64,000 nt of DNA, from NCBI GenBank assembly GCA_045538555.1, contig JAZSRP010000036.1, positions 1,664-65,663 on the forward strand, in the 5' to 3' direction. Shown one piece after another: positions 45,577 to 54,856 of the stretch. The position numbers were made by a program, and so were the translations under genes. The notes under the pieces were generated by a model. It did not search any database and was not told the DNA's origin. It worked only from the letters and a program-made list of their open reading frames with translations. Position 1 is the stretch's first letter. The number at the start of each line of letters is the position of its first letter. Origin of the DNA: Eubacteriales bacterium (GTDB lineage Bacteria > Bacillota > Clostridia > Oscillospirales > CAG-382).

Positions 45577-46824
45577 TTATTTTTTTGCATTGGATTCCAA
45601 ATACTCGTGATACTCTCGGGCAGCACGCTCGGTTTTGTTGTCGCCGTAATGATAGAACTTCTCGTTTTTCAGATCATCAGGCAAATATTGCTGAATGCAA
45701 TAATGATTTGGATAATCGTGAGGGTATCTGTACCCTCCTGTACTTCCCGGACGGTGCTGGTCTCTCAGATGATCCGGTACCTGAGCGCCTCTGCCCGCCT
45801 GTATGACCTCTTTTGCTCTTGCATAAGCCATGTACGCCGAGTTTGATTTTGGCGCAGTGGCGAGAAGAATGACTGCGTCAGAGAGCGGCAGAACTGCCTC
45901 GGGAAGCCCCACCGACACTGCGATGTCCACACATGATTTTACAATGCTGATTGCCTGAGGGTAAGCAAGTCCAACGTCCTCGCACGCCATCACCATCAGC
46001 CGTCTGCAGGCGCTGATCAGGTCGCCGCCCTCCAGAACTCTCGCCAAATAAAATACTGCTGCGTCGGGATCCGAACCGCGAACGGATTTTTGAAGTCCGC
46101 TCAACAAATCATAGTGTGAGTCACCATCACGGTCAAATCGGATACCACTCCTCTGTGACAACTCCTTTGCCAATTCCTCGGACAGCTCATCAGAGCTTGC
46201 AAAATACACATTCTCCAGTGTTCCGATTGCTTTTCTCACATCTCCTCCGCAGGAGCGGGCAATTGCTGACAGAACGGCATCAGAACATTTTTTTTGCATT
46301 CCGCTGTCGTTGTCACAGATCTCAAATGCACGCCTGAGCACGGGAACCAGCTCTTGATCCTCAATGGGTTTGAACTCAAACACGCTGGAACGGGACAAAA
46401 GAGCCGGATACAGGGAAAAATAAGGGTTTTCCGTGGTGGAACAGATGAGGGTCACCCTGCCGTCCTCCACGTACTCCAGCAATGATTGCTGTTGTTTCTT
46501 GTTGAAATACTGGATCTCGTCAATATACAAAATTATACCGTCTGCACTCATCAGCGAGTGAGAAGAAGACAAAATATCTTTCAACTCCGACAGAGCGGCA
46601 ACGGTGGCGTTGATCTTGTGAAATTCTTTTCCGTAGCTTTTGGCAATAATATCGGCAACGGTGGTTTTTCCCGTGCCGGGTGGTCCAAAAAACACAAGCG
46701 AGGGCAAATGTCCGCTCTCGATGATCCTGCGGAAAGGAGCGCCTTTTGCCAATAGGTGCTTTTGTCCCGCAACCTCATCAAAACTCTTTGGTCTTACCTT
46801 ATCCGCAAGGGGCATTTTCCTCAC
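45577..46824 (-). CDS. rarA: Replication-associated recombination protein A (AAA+ ATPase)
   Basis: PLADKVRP, GPPGTGKTT, IDEIQYFNK, TTENPYF, KSVRGSDPDAA, YPHDY. Confidence 0.95.
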   Translation of the reverse strand: MRKMPLADKVRPKSFDEVAGQKHLLAKGAPFRRIIESGHLPSLVFFGPPGTGKTTVADIIAKSYGKEFHKINATVAALSELKDILSSSHSLMSADGIILYIDEIQYFNKKQQQSLLEYVEDGRVTLICSTTENPYFSLYPALLSRSSVFEFKPIEDQELVPVLRRAFEICDNDSGMQKKCSDAVLSAIARSCGGDVRKAIGTLENVYFASSDELSEELAKELSQRSGIRFDRDGDSHYDLLSGLQKSVRGSDPDAAVFYLARVLEGGDLISACRRLMVMACEDVGLAYPQAISIVKSCVDIAVSVGLPEAVLPLSDAVILLATAPKSNSAYMAYARAKEVIQAGRGAQVPDHLRDQHRPGSTGGYRYPHDYPNHYCIQQYLPDDLKNEKFYHYGDNKTERAAREYHEYLESNAKK

Positions 46825-46845
46825 CTCTTTTGTGTTTTTTGGGGA

Positions 46846-47655
46846 TCATTTTTTCTTTTTGCTCTTTGATTTGGAGGTTGCGTCGGGATAATAGGAATCG
46901 TCGCCGTCGTTTTCCTTGTCTTCCATATCAAGGATCTCCTGTGTCTCGGGCTTTTTTCGGAAGCTGAACTTGGGCTCTTGATTGTTGAACAAACGGTAGA
47001 TGTTTTTGCGGTGCATATAGATAACGATTATTCCCACAAACATGGCAAACATCATCACCCACATCTCGGGGCTGTTTCCCGTGCGTAGCTTTGATGCATA
47101 ATAAACGGCCGCGGGATAGGTAAACGCCGCCATGATGGACGACAGCGAGACGTATTTTGTAAACACAAGGACGATGGCAAATACAACAAGCAAAACAAGG
47201 CAGATCATTGGATCAATGACCAGAATCATTGTGGCAGCCGTAAGCACGCCCTTGCCTCCCTTAAATCTGTAAAAAACGGGGAAAATGTGGCCGATCATAC
47301 AAAACAGGCCGGCAATATAGGCACCGGTGTGTCCCACGAGCAAAATACCCACAAGCACAGATACCACCTGCTTGAGCACGTCGCCCAGCAGAGTCAGTCC
47401 CGCACCGCCCTTGCCGTACACTCTCATCATGTTTGTCAACCCGGCATTTCCGCTACCGTGGCGTCGTATGTCATCGTTGAACTTGAGTTTTGACACAATA
47501 ATTGCGGCATTGAGAGACCCAAGCATATACGGGATGATTGCCGCCAACGCAAAGGAAACGATAACGATGGCCGCAGAAAGCGCGCCCTGTGTTCTGTCCG
47601 CAAGGCGGAGCAATACACCAAACATGCCGGGGATATATTTCATGAGATAAATCAT
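46846..47655 (-). CDS. plsY: Glycerol-3-phosphate acyltransferase PlsY
   Basis: YMLGS, HGSGNAGLTN, GHIFPVFYRFKGGKGV, MHRKNI; start uncertain. Confidence 0.93.
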   Translation of the reverse strand: MIYLMKYIPGMFGVLLRLADRTQGALSAAIVIVSFALAAIIPYMLGSLNAAIIVSKLKFNDDIRRHGSGNAGLTNMMRVYGKGGAGLTLLGDVLKQVVSVLVGILLVGHTGAYIAGLFCMIGHIFPVFYRFKGGKGVLTAATMILVIDPMICLVLLVVFAIVLVFTKYVSLSSIMAAFTYPAAVYYASKLRTGNSPEMWVMMFAMFVGIIVIYMHRKNIYRLFNNQEPKFSFRKKPETQEILDMEDKENDGDDSYYPDATSKSKSKKKK

Positions 47656-47656
47656 A

Positions 47657-48994
47657 TTACACCTCGCCGGGGTTTTCACCCTTTTGCTTGATCACCAGAC
47701 GGATGGGAGTTCCGCCAAAGTCAAACTGCTCACGCAGGCAGTTTTCGATATATCTTTGGTAGGAAAAATGGAACAGCTCTGCGGAATTGCAGAACAGCAC
47801 AAAGGTGGGAGGGCACACTCCCGTCTGGGTCATATAATAGATACGCAATCTCCTGCCCTTGTCGGAGGGGGGCTGGACTCTTGCCGTAACGTTTGACAAA
47901 AAATCATTGAGCAGACCTGTGGTGATACGTCGGTTTGCGTTTGCGTAGCACTCATTGATCATGGGATAAAGCTTGTCGATACGCTGACCCGTTTTTGCGG
48001 ATACAAAGGCGGTTTTTGCATACCGCATATACCCAAGAGCTTCTTTTACGTCCATTGTAAATTTGTTTACCGAGTCGTTGTCCTTGTTTTCGTAGATATC
48101 CCACTTGTTCACCACAACAATGCTTGCCTTGCCTGCATTGTGTGCAAGACCCGCTATTCTCTCATCCTGAGATGTAACACCCTCGTTTGCGTCCACCATG
48201 ATGAGACAAACATCCGCCTTTTCCACAGCAGCATTTGCACGGATGACCGAGAATTTTTCTACCCTATCCTCAATCTTTGCATTGCGGCGTATTCCGGCGG
48301 TGTCTATAAACACGTAGTTGCCGTGCTGATTGGAAACATAAGTGTCGATAGAATCTCTTGTGGTACCGGGAATATCGGAAACGATAACACGCTCCTCGCC
48401 GCTGATCCTATTGACAATGGAGCTTTTTCCCGCATTGGGCTTGCCGATAACAGCAACACGGATTGCATCACCGTCATCTGACTCAGCTTCATTCTCGGGC
48501 AGGAGCTCAACCACCTGATCCAGCACATCCCCTGTTCCTGTTCCGTGAACGGATGACAGCGGAATCACGTACTCAAACCCGAGCTCATAAAATTCATAAA
48601 ACCCTGCAGGAACATCGCCTATGGTATCCACCTTGTTTACCGCAACAACGATGGGCTTGCGGCTCTTTTTCAGCATTGATGCGATCTCACGGTCTGCAGC
48701 TGTGACTCCTGTGGAAAGCTCTGTCATAAATACAATAACGTCTGCAGAGCCGATTGCGATCAGAGCTTGCTCCCTCATCTGCTTTAGGATGGTGCTTTCT
48801 GTGGTGGGTTCTATTCCGCCTGTATCGATAAACAGCATATTACGGCGGTTCCACTCCACGTCACAGTAGATTCTGTCACGGGTGACTCCCGGTGTATCCT
48901 CAACTATTGAAATACGTTTGCCTGCAATTTTGTTAAAAAACGTGCTTTTGCCCACGTTGGGTCTGCCAACTACGGCAACCACACTTTTTGGCAT
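47657..48994 (-). CDS. der: Ribosome biogenesis GTPase Der (EngA)
   Basis: Two G domains: GRPNVGKS/DTGG/NKVD and GKPNAGKS/DTAG/NKWD. Confidence 0.98.
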   Translation of the reverse strand: MPKSVVAVVGRPNVGKSTFFNKIAGKRISIVEDTPGVTRDRIYCDVEWNRRNMLFIDTGGIEPTTESTILKQMREQALIAIGSADVIVFMTELSTGVTAADREIASMLKKSRKPIVVAVNKVDTIGDVPAGFYEFYELGFEYVIPLSSVHGTGTGDVLDQVVELLPENEAESDDGDAIRVAVIGKPNAGKSSIVNRISGEERVIVSDIPGTTRDSIDTYVSNQHGNYVFIDTAGIRRNAKIEDRVEKFSVIRANAAVEKADVCLIMVDANEGVTSQDERIAGLAHNAGKASIVVVNKWDIYENKDNDSVNKFTMDVKEALGYMRYAKTAFVSAKTGQRIDKLYPMINECYANANRRITTGLLNDFLSNVTARVQPPSDKGRRLRIYYMTQTGVCPPTFVLFCNSAELFHFSYQRYIENCLREQFDFGGTPIRLVIKQKGENPGEV

Positions 48995-49000
48995 AATGCT

Positions 49001-50299
49001 TCACTCCTTATCCGTCATGGATTCACAGAGGGAAAAACCGCCTCTGCCGCACACCGTCACCTTTGTGTTCAATTCCCGTGAAAGCTGCTCCAGAGATACT
49101 CCGTCCAAAAACAGATCTCCCTCGCTGCGAAGCATGTTCTCGGGAATCAGCAGTGCGTCGCCAAGATCACGCCCGCTAAGCTGAGCGATAATATCACCGC
49201 CCGTGACGAGTCCGCTCACCGTGACGCTTCCGCCAAAAAAGTTGTTTTTCACAGCAACAACGTCAACAGTCAGCTTTTTGTGCTTTTTCATGGCCATTGC
49301 CGCAAGAGAAGTGATAAATGAACAGGACGCCTCCCCTGTTGCAATGGTTATTTTTCTATTATATCCGATTTCTTCTTGATTTTCAAGACATTCAACAAAT
49401 TCATCAGTATCGCTACGTATCATTCCAACACCGTTTTCCAACTGGGGGTAGCCATCATAATACTCTGCTTCAGGAATACTCTTTCCGCACAGCAAAAAGA
49501 ACTCGTCCGAAGGAAAAACGATCCGCTCGCCGCGGCCCTCAAGACACTTGTCACCAAAGCTGTCTGCAATGCCGATGACCTCCTCTGCCCCCGCCTTGTC
49601 AAAAGGCGTGAGAGGATACAACCCCTGTCGGTGGCCCGTCAGTCCGCAAGGCACCAGTGCAATGCTGGCAATGTTGTTCAGGCCCGTCAGATCTGACAGT
49701 GACCGTTTCAGTTCCTCGCCGTCATTGATCCCGCGGCAGAGAACAAGCTGGGCATTGATGGCAATACCCGCATTGTCAAGACGATATATATACCGAAGGC
49801 AATCTCCCGCAAAACGGTTTCCCATCATCTGACAACGCAGGTCGGGGTTGGTGGTGTGAACGGAAATATTGACAGGCGAGATACGCATTTTGATAATACG
49901 GTCGATATCGTCGTCAGTCAAATTTGTGAGGGTGACGTAGTTTCCCATCAAGAAGGACAGCCGCTCATCATCGTCCTTGAAATATATAGTCTCACGCATT
50001 CCATGAGGATTTTGGTCGATAAAACAAAAAATACATTTGTTTCTGCATCGCTTTTTCTCATCCATCAGATAGGTGGAAAAAGAAAGTCCGATATCATCAT
50101 AATTTTCATTTTTTATACGGACAGCAATCTCATCCCCACCACGGTCAAGCAGGATCTCCAGCTGAGGATCAAACATATAAAAACGATAATCCAACACATC
50201 GTTGATGGCGTGACCGTTTATGGATATGAGCTTGTCGCCGCTTTTTATGCCTGACTTTTCGGCAAGGGAGCGGGAATCCACCGATTCGATGATCACCAT
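49001..50299 (-). CDS. DUF512 family Fe-S (radical SAM-like) protein with N-terminal PDZ domain
   Basis: CRNKCIFC, KDDDERLSFL.GNYVTLTN, QLENGVGM; conserved position upstream of der. Confidence 0.9.
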   Translation of the reverse strand: MVIIESVDSRSLAEKSGIKSGDKLISINGHAINDVLDYRFYMFDPQLEILLDRGGDEIAVRIKNENYDDIGLSFSTYLMDEKKRCRNKCIFCFIDQNPHGMRETIYFKDDDERLSFLMGNYVTLTNLTDDDIDRIIKMRISPVNISVHTTNPDLRCQMMGNRFAGDCLRYIYRLDNAGIAINAQLVLCRGINDGEELKRSLSDLTGLNNIASIALVPCGLTGHRQGLYPLTPFDKAGAEEVIGIADSFGDKCLEGRGERIVFPSDEFFLLCGKSIPEAEYYDGYPQLENGVGMIRSDTDEFVECLENQEEIGYNRKITIATGEASCSFITSLAAMAMKKHKKLTVDVVAVKNNFFGGSVTVSGLVTGGDIIAQLSGRDLGDALLIPENMLRSEGDLFLDGVSLEQLSRELNTKVTVCGRGGFSLCESMTDKE

Positions 50300-50336
50300 T
50301 TTGGTTTCTCCTTTTTTATCAGGGGGAATTTTTTAC

Positions 50337-50375
50337 AAAAAAGGCGTGTTGCCAAAAAGACAACACGCGGTTTTT
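50337..50375 (-). terminator. Probable terminator after rpmF
   Basis: GCGTGTTG/CAACACGC stem followed by a T-run on the minus strand. Confidence 0.6.
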
Positions 50376-50379
50376 GAAG

Positions 50380-50571
50380 TCAGTCCTCTTTGTCCTTGAC
50401 CTGAAGAACTACTTTGTTTCCGTAGTTACCGCAGTTTCTGCAAACGCGGTGAGAAAGGACATATTCGCCGCACTTGGGGCACTTGTTCATTCCGGGAAGG
50501 TCAAGCTTCCAGGTGGAAGAACGCCTTTTATCTCTTCTTGCTTTGGACACTTTTCTCTTAGGTACAGCCAT
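50380..50571 (-). CDS. rpmF: 50S ribosomal protein L32
   Basis: [21 protein letters not shown]...HRVCRNCG. Confidence 0.98.
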   Translation of the reverse strand: MAVPKRKVSKARRDKRRSSTWKLDLPGMNKCPKCGEYVLSHRVCRNCGNYGNKVVLQVKDKED

Positions 50572-50606
50572 TGTAGTGATCCTCCTTGTTTTGTATCAAA
50601 ATTTTT

Positions 50607-51089
50607 TTATTCAAAATAATTTTTGAGGACGTCCCAGCGGGAGTCACGCTCAACAGTCTGACAGGAGCAGCTTGTCCTGTTGAGATCACAGCCGCACTTG
50701 GGACACAGCCCCAAGCAGTCCTCACGGCACAAAAAGCGGGACGGAAGCTCCAGCACCACAGTGCTCTCCAAATATGACGACAGGTCAAGCTTGGAGTCAA
50801 CAATGATCAAGAACTCATCCTCATCCTCATTGGCCAGCTTGTCCGTAAGCTTGGCACAAAGTGGAATGTCAAAGGACAGGTCAAACTCCGCTGAGCACCT
50901 GGCGCAAACCGCCCTGCCATACACGGACACGCTGCCCTCAAGGACAATATAGCCCGAATGATTGCTGATAACACCGATTGCCTCGCCCGTACCGGAGACG
51001 ATATCTCCGGAAAGCAATGTCAAATCAAGTGTTTGACGGAAGTCAACGGATGGGATCCGCCCTTCCAATAATTTTTTCAGATCAAGCAA
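50607..51089 (-). CDS. yceD: YceD/DUF177 family protein (23S rRNA accumulation)
   Basis: CARC, LCREDCLGLCPKCG.DLN...C.C, DSRW; upstream of rpmF; TTG start behind GGAGG. Confidence 0.9.
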   Translation of the reverse strand: MLDLKKLLEGRIPSVDFRQTLDLTLLSGDIVSGTGEAIGVISNHSGYIVLEGSVSVYGRAVCARCSAEFDLSFDIPLCAKLTDKLANEDEDEFLIIVDSKLDLSSYLESTVVLELPSRFLCREDCLGLCPKCGCDLNRTSCSCQTVERDSRWDVLKNYFE

Positions 51090-51131
51090 ACTAATGCCCT
51101 CCCGCAAAATACGCACAAAGACGCACATTCC

Positions 51132-51160
51132 ATTATAATGTGGGTTGTGCTGTTTGTCAA
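51132..51160 (-). promoter_or_regulatory. Consensus sigma-A promoter of yceD-rpmF
   Basis: TTGACA-17nt-TATAAT. Confidence 0.85.
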
Positions 51161-51272
51161 CAGTTTTTTTGCCTTTTTTGGTCTTTTTTCCGTTTTTTGG
51201 AGGGTTTGATTTTTCACAACAGCTCTTTTTTGATCAAACCTGTCAATCATTGTCCAAAAAAAGGAAAATATA

Positions 51273-51301
51273 TTGAAACCAAATTCATTGTATGGTAGTA
51301 T
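51273..51301 (+). promoter_or_regulatory. Putative sigma-A promoter of the small ORF and trmK
   Basis: TTGAAA-17nt-TAGTAT with TG extended -10. Confidence 0.55.
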
Positions 51302-51344
51302 AGTCGAGTGGTCACCGTGGCAAAATACCCGTGAGGTGATCAAA

Positions 51345-51527
51345 TTGAGTTGTATGAAAAAAATGATCTCTACCAACAAAACACTGACCTATATGGTCAT
51401 GTGCACGGCAGGAGTGATGCTGAGCATCGCCGCAACAAAAATGCTGATCGGTCATTGTTGCTGCACAGAATCGCTCAAAAGCAAAGCAAAACGTGCTTTG
51501 AAATCGGTAGAAGAAAAAATGATGTGA
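51345..51527 (+). CDS. Small hypothetical single-pass membrane protein (~60 aa)
   Basis: GAGGTG RBS before TTG at 51345 (alternative ATG at 51354); hydrophobic helix, CCC, basic amphipathic tail; has its own promoter and a downstream hairpin. Confidence 0.6.
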   Translation: MSCMKKMISTNKTLTYMVMCTAGVMLSIAATKMLIGHCCCTESLKSKAKRALKSVEEKMM

Positions 51528-51581
51528 GCTTTTTTGGGGGATGCTCCCCCACAAAAAGCCACATGGGTCGGAGCGTTACAT

Positions 51582-52250
51582 ATGTTTTTGGGAAACCGTC
51601 TCGAGGCCGCACTTTCCATACTCATGCAGTGCGGAAAACAAAATCTTTTTGCAGATATCGGCAGTGATCACGCATATCTTGCCATTGAAGCAATGGCAAG
51701 AGGGTTGGCAGTCCATGCCGTGGCATCTGACATCAACCCTGCCCCACTTGAATCCGGAAGAGAAAACGCAGCAGCACGGGGGATATTTCCGGATTTTTTG
51801 CTATCTGACGGTTTTGACGCATTGGAATCTCTTCCAATCGATTCCGCAGCCATTTGCGGAATGGGAGGAGAACTGATGGCGGTAATGATCGACAGAAGCT
51901 CCGTTGCAAAAAAAGTGGATCTGATCCTGCAGCCAATGTCAAAAACCGACTCGCTGCGTGCTTTTTTGTGGAGCAACGGGTACGAGATATTATCCGAGAC
52001 ATTTGTTTCGGAGGGAAACAAGCCCTACGTCATCATTCGTGCAAAATACACAGGAAAAAACACTCAATATTCCGTATCCGATACCCTGTTGGGAAAAATT
52101 TGCCCTGAAACAGATGCTTTTTCACTTTATTTCAAAAAAGTAATGCATCGTCTCAAAAAACAGCTTGACGGACTGAAAAAGTCCGGCGGGGACACAGCCG
52201 CTATCAAGCTGCTGATTGATGCATGTCAGAAGCAAAAAGTCAGCAGGTGA
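51582..52250 (+). CDS. trmK: tRNA (adenine22-N1)-methyltransferase
   Basis: ADIGSDHAYL, ASDINPAPL, SDGF, ICGMGGELM, ILQPM. Confidence 0.9.
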   Translation: MFLGNRLEAALSILMQCGKQNLFADIGSDHAYLAIEAMARGLAVHAVASDINPAPLESGRENAAARGIFPDFLLSDGFDALESLPIDSAAICGMGGELMAVMIDRSSVAKKVDLILQPMSKTDSLRAFLWSNGYEILSETFVSEGNKPYVIIRAKYTGKNTQYSVSDTLLGKICPETDAFSLYFKKVMHRLKKQLDGLKKSGGDTAAIKLLIDACQKQKVSR

Positions 52251-52756
52251 TTGGGAACGATCTTGATCAAAAACGCACGTGTTTCCTCGGGAGTCATATT
52301 CAGATTCCGCTTTGGGAGTATCAGCACGGATTTTTTGTCAAAATACAGGTACAAAGCCGCCTTTGTATCATAGATCATCTTGAGATCTTCATAAAAATAT
52401 TCGTTTCTTTCGGGCTCCGGCTCAAGCATCAGGTCGTGTACAAGGCCATTCTTGCCAAACACGACTTTTTGTTTTGCTCTCACGATATTGGCGCGGCTCT
52501 TGCAAAAGTTCTTTACGTTCACTCTTACAACGTAGCCAAACATTCCGCAGCACAAAAGCAAAATACCTGCAATAATGAGATATTTTGCGGTACGGGAATA
52601 TATACCCAGCAGGGCAAAATACAGGCATATTGCCGCCATCAAAAAGGCAAGAATCATCATTTTTATGCGGTAATATTTGCCTTTGAATATATTGAACCTC
52701 ACAAAAGAGGAATAATCCGGAATGGCAACAAAGCCAAAGGATTCAAGCGCTTTCAT
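52226..52756 (-). CDS. YcxB family membrane protein
   Basis: Two TM helices and a C-terminal YDTKAALYLY...ILPKR motif. Confidence 0.7.
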   Translation of the reverse strand: MKALESFGFVAIPDYSSFVRFNIFKGKYYRIKMMILAFLMAAICLYFALLGIYSRTAKYLIIAGILLLCCGMFGYVVRVNVKNFCKSRANIVRAKQKVVFGKNGLVHDLMLEPEPERNEYFYEDLKMIYDTKAALYLYFDKKSVLILPKRNLNMTPEETRAFLIKIVPNHLLTFCF

Positions 52757-52759
52757 AGT

Positions 52760-53971
52760 CTATTCTCCCAAAAATTTGTTCAGCAGCTGCTCACCCGTCT
52801 CAAAATACAAGCCGCCGTCAAATCCCGATTTTTCATCATAAATATCGATCCCGCTGTCACGCTCCATGGTTGAATCATAGATGACAAAAGGAACAGCATC
52901 ACGTGCATGGGTGCGGGCATAAATCGGAGTGGGATGGTCAGGTGTCAGCAATATTCGGTACGGTTCACCGCAGCCGCGCAAATACTCAAGCAGTCTGCCA
53001 AGAATATATTTATCAATATTCTCAATTGATTTTATCTTTGCTTCGATATTTCCCTGATGTCCGCATTCGTCGGGGGCCTCAACGTGAATATACACAAAAT
53101 CACAGCCCTTCTTCAGCTCGTTGACAGCGCAGTCACACTTGCCTATATAATTGGTGTCGAGTGTGCCGGTAGCACCCTCTACAAGCGGAACATGCATTCC
53201 CGCACAGGCACCTATGCCCTTGATGAGATCCACGGCGCAGACCACAGAGCCCTGAAGGCCCGTTTTTTCTGCAAATGAAGGCAGGGACGGTTTTTTGCCC
53301 GGACTCCAGAGCCAGAGAGAATTGGCTTTTTTCAGTCCTCTCTTTTCACGGTCAAGATTCAAAGGATGGGTGTTGAGAAATTCATACGACTCACGCATCA
53401 GATCAAGCATTGGCTTTCCAAGCTCACCCTTTGGCAGATACTCACCGATCGTCTTGCCCAAAATATCGTGAGGACGTGCAAAATCTGTGTATTCAGGGCA
53501 GTTTTTCCAGATCAGGCAATGACGGTAGCTGACGCCGGTATAAAAATGGCGAGATTCGTTTCCAAACCTTTTTTTCACCGCTTCGATCAGCACTCTTGCC
53601 TCATCCGTGGGGATCTCGTCAGAGGAATGGTCAAGCATTGTCAGTGTTTCATAGTTTCCGCCGCCTCCGAGGGAAACAAGGTTTGCACGGATGGCAGTAT
53701 CCTCAGGTGCCATCTCGATGCCCATGCTTGCCGCCTCAAGAGGAGAGCGGCCCTTTGAATAGATCTTTGGGTCATAACCCATGATAGAAAGGTTGGCGGT
53801 ATCGCTCTCGGGTACCATTCCCTCGGGCACGGTGCTTACTCTTCCGTTGATTCCGCGGGAGGCAAGAAAGTTCATATTTGGCTTGAACGCCTTTGTCAGC
53901 GGAGTCATGCCGTCAAGCTCAGACAGCGGAAGGTCGGCCATTCCGTCGCCGAGAACAACTATATATTTCAT
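52760..53971 (-). CDS. apgM: Cofactor-independent phosphoglycerate mutase-like protein (ApgM, alkaline phosphatase superfamily)
   Basis: VLGDGMAD, PESDTANLS, GRSPLEAAS, HVEAPDECGH, TPDHPTP, H.RDAVPF. Confidence 0.85.
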   Translation of the reverse strand: MKYIVVLGDGMADLPLSELDGMTPLTKAFKPNMNFLASRGINGRVSTVPEGMVPESDTANLSIMGYDPKIYSKGRSPLEAASMGIEMAPEDTAIRANLVSLGGGGNYETLTMLDHSSDEIPTDEARVLIEAVKKRFGNESRHFYTGVSYRHCLIWKNCPEYTDFARPHDILGKTIGEYLPKGELGKPMLDLMRESYEFLNTHPLNLDREKRGLKKANSLWLWSPGKKPSLPSFAEKTGLQGSVVCAVDLIKGIGACAGMHVPLVEGATGTLDTNYIGKCDCAVNELKKGCDFVYIHVEAPDECGHQGNIEAKIKSIENIDKYILGRLLEYLRGCGEPYRILLTPDHPTPIYARTHARDAVPFVIYDSTMERDSGIDIYDEKSGFDGGLYFETGEQLLNKFLGE

Positions 53972-54070
53972 AGCTATCACCCTCTTTTACACTTTTTTTA
54001 AGTATATCAAATACATCGTCCAAAATCAATCGTCATTTCAACGGTTTTTGACCCGTGTATTCTTTTTTCG

Positions 54071-54099
54071 TTGACAAATACACGGGGCTCGGGTATAAT
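54071..54099 (+). promoter_or_regulatory. Consensus sigma-A promoter of the PqqD-S26-SLOG operon
   Basis: TTGACA-17nt-TATAAT. Confidence 0.85.
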
Positions 54100-54129
54100 A
54101 AACCTATATTTCACTGCGGGAGGAACGAC

Positions 54130-54390
54130 ATGAAAATCAAACAGGGCTTTATGCTCCGCGAGGTTGCGGGCAGTTTTGTGGTGGTGAACGTCAGCGGCGA
54201 GCTGTCATTCAACGGAATGATCACTCTCAACGACACCGGCGCATATATCTGGAGAAAACTGGAGCAGGGGCTCTCTCATCAGGAGATCGCATCAGCTCTT
54301 GCAGCAGACTATGAGGTCGATCCGGAGATCGCCCAACGTGATGTTGGCGTTTTTTTGGACAAAATGATGGGAGCAGGTATTCTTGAATAA
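54130..54390 (+). CDS. PqqD family protein (RiPP recognition element-like)
   Basis: MKIKQGFMLREVAG..VVV...MITLNDTGAYIW..L...L..DYEV...A..DV..FL..M...GILE; 86 aa. Confidence 0.88.
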   Translation: MKIKQGFMLREVAGSFVVVNVSGELSFNGMITLNDTGAYIWRKLEQGLSHQEIASALAADYEVDPEIAQRDVGVFLDKMMGAGILE

Positions 54391-54856
54391 GATCGTCTCC
54401 CTCTCCGACCTTTATCCTCTCATAAAAGAGCAGCTGGAAAACGGCGGTTCCGCTTCTTTTACCATCAGGGGCATCAGCATGACCCCTATGCTGAAAAACG
54501 GTGTCGACAGCGTGCGCATTGTCAGTCCGCAGTTCCCGTTAAAAAAATACCAGATACCTTTTTATCGCCGTGCCGACGGTTCTTTCATACTGCATCGTGT
54601 TATCAAAATCAAAAAAGACGGGTACGTATGCAGAGGCGACCATCAGTTTGTGAAAGAATACGGCGTCACAGACGATATGATTATCGGCGTCACTGAAGCA
54701 TATACACACAACGGGCAATGGAAAAACATGACTTCTTTTTCGCAGCGTGTGTACAGCTTTTTCCGTGTCAACAGCGCCCCTGTCAGGTTTTTGTTATTCC
54801 GTATATGGAAATATTCAAAAGCTGTGTGCAAAAAGCTCTTTGGGAGAAAAAAATGA
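54383..54856 (+). CDS. S24/S26 family peptidase (Ser-His type)
   Basis: GISMTPML nucleophile box, FILHRVI, CRGD; no N-terminal TM helix. Confidence 0.85.
   Translation: MNKIVSLSDLYPLIKEQLENGGSASFTIRGISMTPMLKNGVDSVRIVSPQFPLKKYQIPFYRRADGSFILHRVIKIKKDGYVCRGDHQFVKEYGVTDDMIIGVTEAYTHNGQWKNMTSFSQRVYSFFRVNSAPVRFLLFRIWKYSKAVCKKLFGRKK

Noticed and set aside
54130-54390. PQQ or lasso-peptide biosynthesis cluster
   Set aside because: No pqqA/B/C/E, asparagine-synthetase-like cyclase, transglutaminase-like B2 or precursor in the window.
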